From the IMG/VR virus record IMGVR_UViG_3300012663_000709, positions 1-24,436 of that record: a stretch of 24,436 nt of DNA, one strand, 5' to 3'. The position numbers and the translations under genes were made by a program. This DNA is from a virus (lineage: Duplodnaviria; Caudoviricetes). The notes under the pieces were generated by a model. It saw nothing but the letters and a program-made list of their open reading frames with translations, searched no databases and was not told the DNA's origin. Shown one piece after another: positions 14,987 to 22,845 of the stretch. How positions within the stretch are numbered: the stretch's first letter is position 1; every line of letters begins with the position of its first letter.

Positions 14987-15330
14987 GCAGATTTTGCGGC
15001 TTCAATTCTTTGTTCTGCTGTTCTTTTACCTATTTCACAAAATGTTTTACTGCCACCACCACCCATCTTAATTACATGATTGTGTAGACCAACAATATTC
15101 TCTTGTTGTGGGTCGCTTCGCCAATTGACATATGCCACCATCAATTCAGTCTGAGCAACAACTTTAGACCAGTTTGCTGATGTGCAATCGACTTTACGCA
15201 ATTCATTATCTGTCATTACCAAATAATTGAACATCACAGGGTCGTGTGGTCTTGGCCAATATTTCTCAATTGTGGTACAACCACTCAATAATACCATACT
15301 TAAAACGATTAATAATTTATTCATAGACAT
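14971..15330 (-). CDS. Lipoprotein
   Basis: Lipobox LLSGC after a hydrophobic stretch. Confidence 0.8.
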   Translation of the reverse strand: MSMNKLLIVLSMVLLSGCTTIEKYWPRPHDPVMFNYLVMTDNELRKVDCTSANWSKVVAQTELMVAYVNWRSDPQQENIVGLHNHVIKMGGGGSKTFCEIGKRTAEQRIEAAKSAWRGR

Positions 15331-15337
15331 ATTTATA
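15330..15337 (-). promoter_or_regulatory. T4-type late promoter TATAAATA
   Basis: Exact consensus upstream of the lipoprotein-endolysin-holin block. Confidence 0.6.
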
Positions 15338-15473
15338 CCCTCTTTTTATCCTTTTTACGCCACTCTAAACACACAACCTTTCGGCTATATACATCACCAG
15401 TCCAAGTCCACCTGACACATTCGTATTCTGCTGCGGCATAACCTAGTGCAAATGACAATATTAAACTCGACAC
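15333..15473 (-). CDS. 46-aa putative secreted Cys/Trp (WTWT) peptide, late copy
   Basis: GTG start: MSSLILSFALGYAAAEYECVRWTWTGDVYSRKVVCLEWRKKDKKRV; paralog of 2268-2405; weak SD. Not in ORF track. Confidence 0.65.
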   Translation of the reverse strand: MSSLILSFALGYAAAEYECVRWTWTGDVYSRKVVCLEWRKKDKKRV

Positions 15474-15488
15474 TACGATATTAACTTT

Positions 15489-15658
15489 TTATGTTAGTTT
15501 ATTGACACCAGCCATAATATAAGCAATAATCGTACTAGCTTTCATCCTGGTAACAATCTAAATCCGTCTATCACCAATGGAGCCATTATACAAAAACAGA
15601 TTAATTTGAATGCTATATCAATAATTTTTTCATAATCAAATTCTTCTTGTGGTCTCAC
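15489..15658 (-). CDS. Two tiny coupled hydrophobic ORFs (15542-15658, 38 aa; 15489-15545, 18 aa), or one frameshifted gene
   Basis: GTGA-coupled MRPQEEFDYEKIIDIAFKLICFCIMAPLVIDGFRLLPG, then ATGA-coupled MKASTIIAYIMAGVNKLT. Confidence 0.45.
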
Positions 15659-16149
15659 CGACCACATCCATGTTTTGCACAGTATTCAACGAGTTCGTAT
15701 AGACCAATGGCTAAACCAGCAATGAATACAATAATGAATACAACAGCTAATAACATTTCAAATTGCTCTTGATCCTTTTTTTTTCGTTTTTCTTCCGCTT
15801 CTTTTGCTCTTCTTGCATCATGGGCGGCTTCTACATCCATGGCTTGTGATCGACTTTTTATTTTATTCCACACATCAATCTTGCCGGCCTGCATGAATAG
15901 GAGTTGTAACTCATCTTCAAACCGTTTGGCTTGATCTAGAGCCATCTCAATTTGTATGGCTGTACCCATACTAGATTTATTTTTATTATTTTTGGCTTCT
16001 ACTACAGCCTTCGATGCGGTGCTTTTTGCATCAAAATATTTTCCTAAAACCGGGCCCAAGGACGAAACATCGTCCACAGTTTTGGAAACTTTTTTAATTA
16101 ATGCGACAGCGGCTTGTATGCCAGCCAGTGCGGTTAGTGGATCAATCAT
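15655..16149 (-). CDS. Membrane-anchored helical protein (C-terminal TM)
   Basis: MIDPLTALA N-terminus, coiled coil, C-terminal TM helix. Confidence 0.8.
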   Translation of the reverse strand: MIDPLTALAGIQAAVALIKKVSKTVDDVSSLGPVLGKYFDAKSTASKAVVEAKNNKNKSSMGTAIQIEMALDQAKRFEDELQLLFMQAGKIDVWNKIKSRSQAMDVEAAHDARRAKEAEEKRKKKDQEQFEMLLAVVFIIVFIAGLAIGLYELVEYCAKHGCGR

Positions 16150-16150
16150 A

Positions 16151-16699
16151 TCAGATAATCATTGGGAACCAAAGCCAAAGGCCTTGACTCATTAACAATG
16201 CTGCAAAGGCACCGACCACAATACTACCCCAATACAATGACATACTAACAGCTAAAATACTTGCTGTCAATAAAACAATTGCAATTTGAAATGCTGACCC
16301 AGCGAATGTTAACCAAGGACCAGACTTACGAATCACATCACGTTCCAACTCAAGCGCCTGTGCTTTAGCCATAAGTTCTTTTTTACCTTCACCTGTTGCG
16401 GGTTCAGATTCATATCTATTAATTTTTGCAGTTAACTTATTTGCTTTTTCAAAGTCTTTTCTTTCAATAGCATCATCTCTAGCCATCTCTGCAAGAGTTT
16501 GTTTAACTGATTTTGCTTGATAAAATGCCCAAGTATTATTTGCACCAATTGTGTTATTCAATACTTTGGAACTATTACCAGAGGAAATGTATGTGTTGAT
16601 GGCCAATAATGCGGCAAGTACAGTAATCAGCCAACCGGCTTTGTCTTTGATCTGTGCTTCTCGTTCTGAACGGGATAAGGTTTTCTTTTCTTCTGTCAT
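16151..16699 (-). CDS. DUF4337-like membrane protein
   Basis: WAFYQAKSVK motif and FQIAIVL..ASIL; three TM helices. Confidence 0.75.
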   Translation of the reverse strand: MTEEKKTLSRSEREAQIKDKAGWLITVLAALLAINTYISSGNSSKVLNNTIGANNTWAFYQAKSVKQTLAEMARDDAIERKDFEKANKLTAKINRYESEPATGEGKKELMAKAQALELERDVIRKSGPWLTFAGSAFQIAIVLLTASILAVSMSLYWGSIVVGAFAALLMSQGLWLWFPMII

Positions 16700-17430
16700 T
16701 TTATTTCCTTATTAATTTTTTTTACCACTGGTTTTTTGACCGGTGATCGAGTGGGTCTACGCCCAATAATTTCTTTGTGTTTGATTACCATGACCAGCAA
16801 AATCAAACTGAGATTGATAACAATAATCATGGTCCAGGCTGCTGTCATGTAAAACAGGTACTGTGATTGCAATCTATTCACCACGGACATATAGAAATTG
16901 TCAGTGGTGTTGACTATTTCTTTCTTGTATTTTTTGTAATCATCACCAAACATCAGCATTTGCGCCGCGGTATAGTGATGCATCTGTAATTCAAAATTTA
17001 TTTCAGGTTTGCCTTTATCAATCCAGGCAAAGGCTTCAACTTCCAACTTGGCAAGATTATTGCTCAATTCTTCTGCACGTAAAAGGATGTCTAACTCGGA
17101 TTGCAAAAACGTTACTTCTTTTACTCTGTTTTTGAATGACTTTGAAATACCGTGGTCATCTGGCATTTCTCCGTTGCGTATCTTGAGAACATTATTGAAT
17201 TCTGTTCTCCATAATTCGTTTTTGGTTGTTACGAAATATCTAGCATAGTTGGTCAAATCGTCTGATGATTTGGCCATGGTTCTACTAAGTGAAGCTGCAT
17301 GATTTAGTGTGGTCAACTGTGTTTCTGCACTTTTGAAACAACTCAACACAGCTAGACTACTGAGGAATATAACTCCTGAAATAACATAAGGAGTTTTTTT
17401 AAATTCTAAAATTTTATCTAGTATTTTCAT
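16696..17430 (-). CDS. Two-TM protein made of a chemoreceptor/histidine-kinase-type periplasmic sensor domain only
   Basis: TM - SSDDLTNYARYFVTT..VLKIRNG..ELDILLRAEELSNNLAKLE..A..MFGDDY..K..I - TM, then a short basic tail. No HAMP, kinase or MCP domain. Confidence 0.65.
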   Translation of the reverse strand: MKILDKILEFKKTPYVISGVIFLSSLAVLSCFKSAETQLTTLNHAASLSRTMAKSSDDLTNYARYFVTTKNELWRTEFNNVLKIRNGEMPDDHGISKSFKNRVKEVTFLQSELDILLRAEELSNNLAKLEVEAFAWIDKGKPEINFELQMHHYTAAQMLMFGDDYKKYKKEIVNTTDNFYMSVVNRLQSQYLFYMTAAWTMIIVINLSLILLVMVIKHKEIIGRRPTRSPVKKPVVKKINKEIK

Positions 17431-17597
17431 GTGAATGTCTTCATTAGTAAGCTCAGTAGTTGTTTTACCTCTGCTTGGTAATTAGTGAGAATAATCATGG
17501 CCAAACCTAGAGTTGCTGTAGGCAAACTCTTTGTTGCAGGCGATGATGGCGCCGGTGCTACTATTTTTCTTCTAGCAACGACCCTTTTTCTTACCAT
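17427..17597 (-). CDS. 56-aa basic/hydrophobic peptide
   Basis: MVRKRVVARRKIVAPAPSSPATKSLPTATLGLAMIILTNYQAEVKQLLSLLMKTFT; SD AAGGA; ATGA-coupled to the sensor gene. Not in ORF track. Confidence 0.7.
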   Translation of the reverse strand: MVRKRVVARRKIVAPAPSSPATKSLPTATLGLAMIILTNYQAEVKQLLSLLMKTFT

Positions 17598-17607
17598 GTT
17601 AATTCCT

Positions 17608-17868
17608 TTATTTTACTGATTCAAATATATTTTTTTGTACACCATACCATTCAATCCAAGCATCATTTTTTACAGCACACTCATAATATGTGGTGTAGTT
17701 TAAAGTAATTGTCTTCGACACATCACTTAATTTAGCATCTTCTTTTAACTTTTCTAAATTAGGACACGAATCCCGAACAAACTTTGGTGGTTCAGGAAAC
17801 TTCATCACCATAGGAACTGTAGTAGAACAACCAGTCAGCAATGCAACCAATAATAAAGCAAATTTCAT
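17608..17868 (-). CDS. o-spanin (Rz1-like lipoprotein)
   Basis: Lipobox LLTGC, Pro-rich segment, YYEC..K..WIEW. Confidence 0.8.
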   Translation of the reverse strand: MKFALLLVALLTGCSTTVPMVMKFPEPPKFVRDSCPNLEKLKEDAKLSDVSKTITLNYTTYYECAVKNDAWIEWYGVQKNIFESVK

Positions 17869-18296
17869 TTTAATTTCTCAGCGGCTTTGTTGTGTGCTTC
17901 AATAAATTCTTTTGGTATTTCACACATACCACCAGGTAAAAATTTTGTATCGTATTTTACAACTTCTCGATCAATATACTGAACAACATCTTGGCCACGT
18001 TCACGAATAACTTGTGTTTTGTTGATATACTTGGTTTCAACCTTAACTGTTTCTTTCACTGATTGTTCTTCAGCAACCGATACCTTGTCTTTCAATTCTT
18101 TTATATCAGCCAATAGAGACTCGTTGCCTTTAACTACACCAGCCATAAACAAACCAAATGCAAAGGCAATATAAGAAACTGCCTGAACGGCAGCTCTATA
18201 ATAAAAAGGTACAAATCTACTGGATAGTATTCCAAATATACCTATCCCCAATATACCATAAAACAACCAATGCGGAATAAATTGCAACCACATCAC
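17865..18296 (-). CDS. i-spanin (Rz-like)
   Basis: N-terminal TM helices, coiled coil, C-terminal CEIPKEFIEAHNKAA; ATGA-coupled to the o-spanin. Confidence 0.78.
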   Translation of the reverse strand: MMWLQFIPHWLFYGILGIGIFGILSSRFVPFYYRAAVQAVSYIAFAFGLFMAGVVKGNESLLADIKELKDKVSVAEEQSVKETVKVETKYINKTQVIRERGQDVVQYIDREVVKYDTKFLPGGMCEIPKEFIEAHNKAAEKLK

Positions 18297-18691
18297 TGAG
18301 GAGTTCTACGTGGCACATATGAAATGAATGAAGGAACTTTCTTCTTCTTAACACCAGGTTCTACTGATGGTGGTAGAGAAGTTTCTGCACCAGTACCAAC
18401 AGAGTTAGTTGGTGCATCTTCTTTCATGTGGCCATATTTCTTTTTGTACCAGTCTTTCATGCCATGTGTCTTGCGATAGTGTCTAACTGTTGCAGAATCA
18501 TTTGCTTGGTCACGATATTTGTTCTCTGCCGTAGTATTGTGTGACTTCATTGCTTCGGCAGCTGCATGTGCATCTTTGGCAATGTGTATCAATGCCTCAT
18601 CAGACTTCTTATGATATTCGTGGCCTTCCAATGGATGGCGTTGAGAAGGACGACCTTCTTCTAAAACTGTATACTCATTAAACTTTATCAT
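18293..18691 (-). CDS. Putative internal head protein
   Basis: CTS-like N-terminus MIKFNEYTVLEE; MKE-DAPTNSVG module. Confidence 0.6.
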   Translation of the reverse strand: MIKFNEYTVLEEGRPSQRHPLEGHEYHKKSDEALIHIAKDAHAAAEAMKSHNTTAENKYRDQANDSATVRHYRKTHGMKDWYKKKYGHMKEDAPTNSVGTGAETSLPPSVEPGVKKKKVPSFISYVPRRTPQ

Positions 18692-19080
18692 TTTATGTTC
18701 CTTAATACTTCTGCGATTCTCATATCAACCGCAATATCAGAAGATAATAAATCTTGTCCTTTGATGCCACGTATAATCTGTGGCATATAATTTAAAAATA
18801 GTAAATACGTTTTCAACACAGCATAATCATCTTTGGCTACTTTAAAGAATAACATTCTGGTGGCCACTTCTACTCCAAACACATTGTATATGACAATGAG
18901 GTGATTTAAAACCAACCTCTCACGCATCTCACTATACCTACGGTACCTCTGAAATAGTCTTTTGAGGTAATTAAACCTCTTCATGTCCTCATTAAACTCA
19001 CTCATTATGCAGTCAGGCTTATCATAAGACTTTGCTGCATATAACATTATATTTTCATTATTCAAATTATCAAAGGACAT
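18688..19080 (-). CDS. Conserved T4-like phage protein (DUF7207-like)
   Basis: YAAKSYDKPDC..EF.ED.KRF.YLKRL..ERLVLNHLI..YNVFG. Confidence 0.75.
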   Translation of the reverse strand: MSFDNLNNENIMLYAAKSYDKPDCIMSEFNEDMKRFNYLKRLFQRYRRYSEMRERLVLNHLIVIYNVFGVEVATRMLFFKVAKDDYAVLKTYLLFLNYMPQIIRGIKGQDLLSSDIAVDMRIAEVLRNIK

Positions 19081-19499
19081 TAATCTTCTTCTGGTTCTTC
19101 GGCGACTAGTTCGTTAATTGTTTCTTCATCACCTACATGTGCATAAAACTCGTAATTGCCTGCGTCTGATTGATAGTACAACAAATACAAATAAATTACA
19201 TTATCTGGATTGTCAAACTGATGGATATCAAAGGTGATTTCGTCACCGTCAACATCCAATTCATATAACGCAGGTATGTCCAGGCCGTAAGAATTTAATA
19301 CCTTACGAACTTTCTGTATACCATCTTGTGCAACTCTAAACCCATCAACGTTCAATTCTCTGTACAGTTGAGCGTTGATTTCAGAAACTACAATAGGATT
19401 TTGAACCGATGATGAAGATTCACCAGTCGGCTCATGTGCATCTTTCGCCTGATTGGGTTCTATGTTATGGAACTCTTTAAGAAATGATTTAAATGTCAT
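19080..19499 (-). CDS. Acidic hypothetical protein with CTS-like N-terminus
   Basis: Starts MTFKSFLKE. Confidence 0.7.
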   Translation of the reverse strand: MTFKSFLKEFHNIEPNQAKDAHEPTGESSSSVQNPIVVSEINAQLYRELNVDGFRVAQDGIQKVRKVLNSYGLDIPALYELDVDGDEITFDIHQFDNPDNVIYLYLLYYQSDAGNYEFYAHVGDEETINELVAEEPEED

Positions 19500-19506
19500 A
19501 TCTAAT

Positions 19507-19526
19507 ACTGGAGTCGAAACTCCAGT
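19507..19526 (-). terminator. UUCG hairpin (terminator or mRNA stabiliser)
   Basis: ACTGGAGT-TTCG-ACTCCAGT right after the stop at 19532; poor U-tract. Confidence 0.6.
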
Positions 19527-19531
19527 TACTA

Positions 19532-19870
19532 TTAAGTATTAGCAAACATTATGTTGTCATTGGCACCAGTAGCTGCGTCAGCACTCATACCACCAGCAAC
19601 AAGAACTTCAGTTTGTACACGGCCAGTACGACTACCAGTACCCTGTTTAATTAGAACCCAACCTGTGTGAGCAGGTTTGTTTGCTTTGTTTGATGATAAT
19701 GCGATTTCAGCATCCGATACACCGAATACACCAACAGCGGCACCAGTAACGAATGCACTGGATGTTGAATTAGCATATAAGTCGTGGCCGTTATTGGCTA
19801 CACCCAAACCACCGGCTACTGCCCACTTTGGAGCACCTGTGTTTGCGTCTGTCATTGAAAATAAAGGCAT
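19532..19870 (-). CDS. Putative virion structural protein
   Basis: Gly/Ala-rich; AHTGWV..G.RTGRVQTEVLVA motif; own late promoter, SD AGGAG and 3' hairpin. Confidence 0.65.
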   Translation of the reverse strand: MPLFSMTDANTGAPKWAVAGGLGVANNGHDLYANSTSSAFVTGAAVGVFGVSDAEIALSSNKANKPAHTGWVLIKQGTGSRTGRVQTEVLVAGGMSADAATGANDNIMFANT

Positions 19871-19894
19871 GTTTTTCTCCTAGAATTATTGTTA

Positions 19895-19902
19895 TATTTA
19901 TG
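19895..19902 (-). promoter_or_regulatory. Late promoter variant CATAAATA
   Basis: Overlaps the upstream stop codon, 24 nt before ATG 19870. Confidence 0.6.
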
Positions 19903-21283
19903 TGTTGTCAACTTTTTGAATCTGCGAATCTAAAACTGGATTGGCTTCAAACTTATCAGATTTAGTAGATTTCTTTTTCTTGGCAGAATCTACTGCATCT
20001 TTAATAATATCTGTTTTGCGTGATTCTACTAATGTGGACTCTTTCATCGACTTAGTACCCACACTGTTAGCTTGTCTTGCACCGGCAGCTTTCATTGCTG
20101 TACGTGCCAAATGTCTGACCCTAGATTGTGCTGTGTGGACTGCGCCAGATTTATCTGTTACATCAGTCGGTGTTTTTTTGTACGGACCATCAAATGGTGG
20201 TTTATTATCATCAGCTGCCTTTTGACGGGCTTCAATAGAATTCTTGTAGTTTGGTTCATCCATAGGCCTAAATGCTTCTGCCACACCTTTTTGCATAGGC
20301 TTTTGTTCTGGTTTCTTTGGCTGCAACACTTCGCGCCCTCTTTGCTCTGATGCTTCGCGTCTTTGCTTGATGCGCTCCAGAGCATTATGCATTCTTACTG
20401 CAACAGAAGATGCTTCTGCGATTGGTTTAGCAACAGTGGTCTTGCCACCTTTCTTTACCAGAGTTTCTTGTGCAGAAGATCCAGTTGGGTCATCACCAAT
20501 CTCTTTTGCTTCATCAATCTCACTCATCATATAGTTAGCAACTGTTGAGATATAATCTTCTGCTAATGTAATTTTAGATTGAACCCACTCAGGAAGGTTA
20601 TCATTATCTTTCAGCATGTCGTGAACTCTTTGAGCATTGTTAATTACGCTTTGTAATTGGCCTCGAGCCATATCACCTTCGTAATCGTACTCAGTTTTTT
20701 CTTTTGCTTCGGAAACAGATTTCCAACCACCACCCATCTCTTTATACTTTTTCGCAGCCCAACCATTGGCATAAGCAGAAGGGTAAACATCGAATTTAGA
20801 TTTAGCCTGTGCCTTGGCTTGCGCCCATTTCTCAGGACTTGTTGGCACATTTTTTTCGTTTAAATTTTCCATATCTTCACTTATCTTTCCTTTTCCAAAG
20901 TTGGACACGTTAATTGGTTCACCCTTCCTCTCAGGATTAGGGTCATGTTTTCTTTTAGATGCAACGGCAGAAGCTCTTTCTTTTTTAGTTAAAGAAGCTC
21001 TCTTTTCGTTAGACATGCATTTAGGTTTAGGTTCACCAGGTTCTCTTGCACAAGGACCAATCGCTTCACCTTTACTGTTGATTCTTTTCCAACCACCTTC
21101 TGGATCAGTCTTACTAAACCATTTACGCAAATCTTCATTCATCTCTTCTTCTGGTAAAGATTCTTTCATGCAAGAACCTGGAGAATATGGTTTTTTACCT
21201 GGTACACGTTTAAAACCATCCCAACAAAGACCTTTGGCTTCTTGGCGAATTGAATTGAAAACATCGGATACTGGTTTAGCCAT
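19898..21283 (-). CDS. Modular putative internal head polyprotein
   Basis: Small modules separated by hydrophobic-X-E sites (MKE, MNE, ISE, LNE, VSE, IDE, IAE, VAE, LVE). Confidence 0.6.
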   Translation of the reverse strand: MAKPVSDVFNSIRQEAKGLCWDGFKRVPGKKPYSPGSCMKESLPEEEMNEDLRKWFSKTDPEGGWKRINSKGEAIGPCAREPGEPKPKCMSNEKRASLTKKERASAVASKRKHDPNPERKGEPINVSNFGKGKISEDMENLNEKNVPTSPEKWAQAKAQAKSKFDVYPSAYANGWAAKKYKEMGGGWKSVSEAKEKTEYDYEGDMARGQLQSVINNAQRVHDMLKDNDNLPEWVQSKITLAEDYISTVANYMMSEIDEAKEIGDDPTGSSAQETLVKKGGKTTVAKPIAEASSVAVRMHNALERIKQRREASEQRGREVLQPKKPEQKPMQKGVAEAFRPMDEPNYKNSIEARQKAADDNKPPFDGPYKKTPTDVTDKSGAVHTAQSRVRHLARTAMKAAGARQANSVGTKSMKESTLVESRKTDIIKDAVDSAKKKKSTKSDKFEANPVLDSQIQKVDNT

Positions 21284-22527
21284 TATTCACTTTTCTTAGA
21301 TGTTAAGTATGCTTTTAATCCCATCATTCCTCGTTTCTTTGGTGCCGATCCGTGTTCTTCAGTCACTGGTTTCTTTTTCTTTTCAACTTCAATCTTTTTC
21401 AATTCAGCATCAGACGGTCCTTTTACATAATCACTCTCTGGTTTAGAAGCACCATATGCACGACCTTTAATCATCGTCTTTCCGTCTGGACCTGGAGTAT
21501 ATTCATCCAACTGCTCAACTTCTTCTTTAGCAAATTGTGGTAACTTTTTTTGTTTATTCCATCTATCACTCAACGTGTTATTTTTAATAGCTTTGGCATG
21601 AGCGTTACGAATAAACTGATGAGCCTTGTCCTTACTATCAAATGTACCACTTTCTGCGTGTGACAATTTTGCGGCTGAATGATGAGCGTAATATTCTCCG
21701 CTTGGCTGCTTAGTGATGATACCAATTTCTTTGCCTGAACTAGGATGAGTCACAGTATTTGTAATTGGGTTTGACAGATTACTTATATGTGATCTCGACT
21801 TTGCGCTTGTTGGTTCAATATTTGCTTCATATACTACTTCAACTTCTTCTTTAACTGGTGCATCTGGTGCATGTTTCTTTTTCAAATACTTGTCAACCTT
21901 ACGAGCATATTCGTCTTTTACTTCTTCGTTTGTTGACTTTTTAGCTAAATTCATCGCAGCACTATAACCTGGAATCTTTGATAGTTTTTTTAGACGATCT
22001 GGATTTTTTGCAGTTTCATTACCAGCTGCAACCAATCTTTTTTGACGAGCATCAAAATCTTCTTTAGATTCTTTTTTGGCTTCGTCAACTTGCTCGATTT
22101 CTTCTTTCATGTGAGCTTGTACTGCCTTTTTTGCAGCGGCTGCTTTTGTTTTTTCTACACCGGTCTTGTAGTGTTTGCTTGTTTCTGATCCGTCCCAATT
22201 TTTACCACCAGAATGATATCTCCAGCCTTCGCCGTGTTCTCTTGTTACATCAGCCACATGTTCACCAGATGGAGAATGTATGCGGCCCTTATCAGTGTGT
22301 TTCATTCTTATTTTATAGCCATTTTCAATATCTGATTCATCCAACTGTTCAACTTCTTCATTCTTTACTTTTTTTTTGGCACGAAGATTCTTAAAGTCAT
22401 CAGCAGTCAATTCATCTTTCTCTGGCTCATGTACATCCAACTTTTGTTGATTTGGGTGTAATGTTTTCTCCATAATTTTTGCAACAGCAGCTGCAATTGA
22501 TTGATTAATTTTATCTTTAAATTCCAT
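21283..22527 (-). CDS. Modular putative internal head polyprotein with EEVEQLDE linkers
   Basis: Four EE[VI]E-x3-E linkers; EF-hand-like LDVHEPEKDELTADDF. Confidence 0.6.
   Translation of the reverse strand: MEFKDKINQSIAAAVAKIMEKTLHPNQQKLDVHEPEKDELTADDFKNLRAKKKVKNEEVEQLDESDIENGYKIRMKHTDKGRIHSPSGEHVADVTREHGEGWRYHSGGKNWDGSETSKHYKTGVEKTKAAAAKKAVQAHMKEEIEQVDEAKKESKEDFDARQKRLVAAGNETAKNPDRLKKLSKIPGYSAAMNLAKKSTNEEVKDEYARKVDKYLKKKHAPDAPVKEEVEVVYEANIEPTSAKSRSHISNLSNPITNTVTHPSSGKEIGIITKQPSGEYYAHHSAAKLSHAESGTFDSKDKAHQFIRNAHAKAIKNNTLSDRWNKQKKLPQFAKEEVEQLDEYTPGPDGKTMIKGRAYGASKPESDYVKGPSDAELKKIEVEKKKKPVTEEHGSAPKKRGMMGLKAYLTSKKSE
21501..21525. repeat. 25-bp intragenic direct repeat encoding EEVEQLDE
   Basis: 24/25 identical to 22335-22359; diverged third copy at 22081-22104. 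Confidence 0.8.
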
Positions 22528-22554
22528 GATAGTTCCTATTTTGATTGATTATTA

Positions 22555-22845
22555 TTAACAATTCCATTTGCGTAGAGCTAATGCTTTGCGTGTTGGTTCG
22601 CCATTTGGTTTTTTCATTGGTCCATCAACACCACCCATTCTTGCACAGAATGATTTGCGTCTGTTCGCTGCCTTTGATCCTGCTTTTAATTTTGATGGTG
22701 GAGTTGTTACAGCCATCGATAGTTTAGAACCTGGATTTTCTGCACGATAAGAAGCAATACCTTTGCGGTTTAAACCACCTTCAGGATTCTTTCCTTCTTT
22801 TCTCTGCCAAGCTGCAGATTCTATAAATTGTTTGAGTGTTTTCAT
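22555..22845 (-). CDS. Basic DUF6321-like protein with capsid-targeting-like N-terminus
   Basis: MKTLKQFIE resembles the T4 internal protein CTS (MKTYQEFIAE); RRKSFCARM..ALRKWNC. Confidence 0.75.
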   Translation of the reverse strand: MKTLKQFIESAAWQRKEGKNPEGGLNRKGIASYRAENPGSKLSMAVTTPPSKLKAGSKAANRRKSFCARMGGVDGPMKKPNGEPTRKALALRKWNC

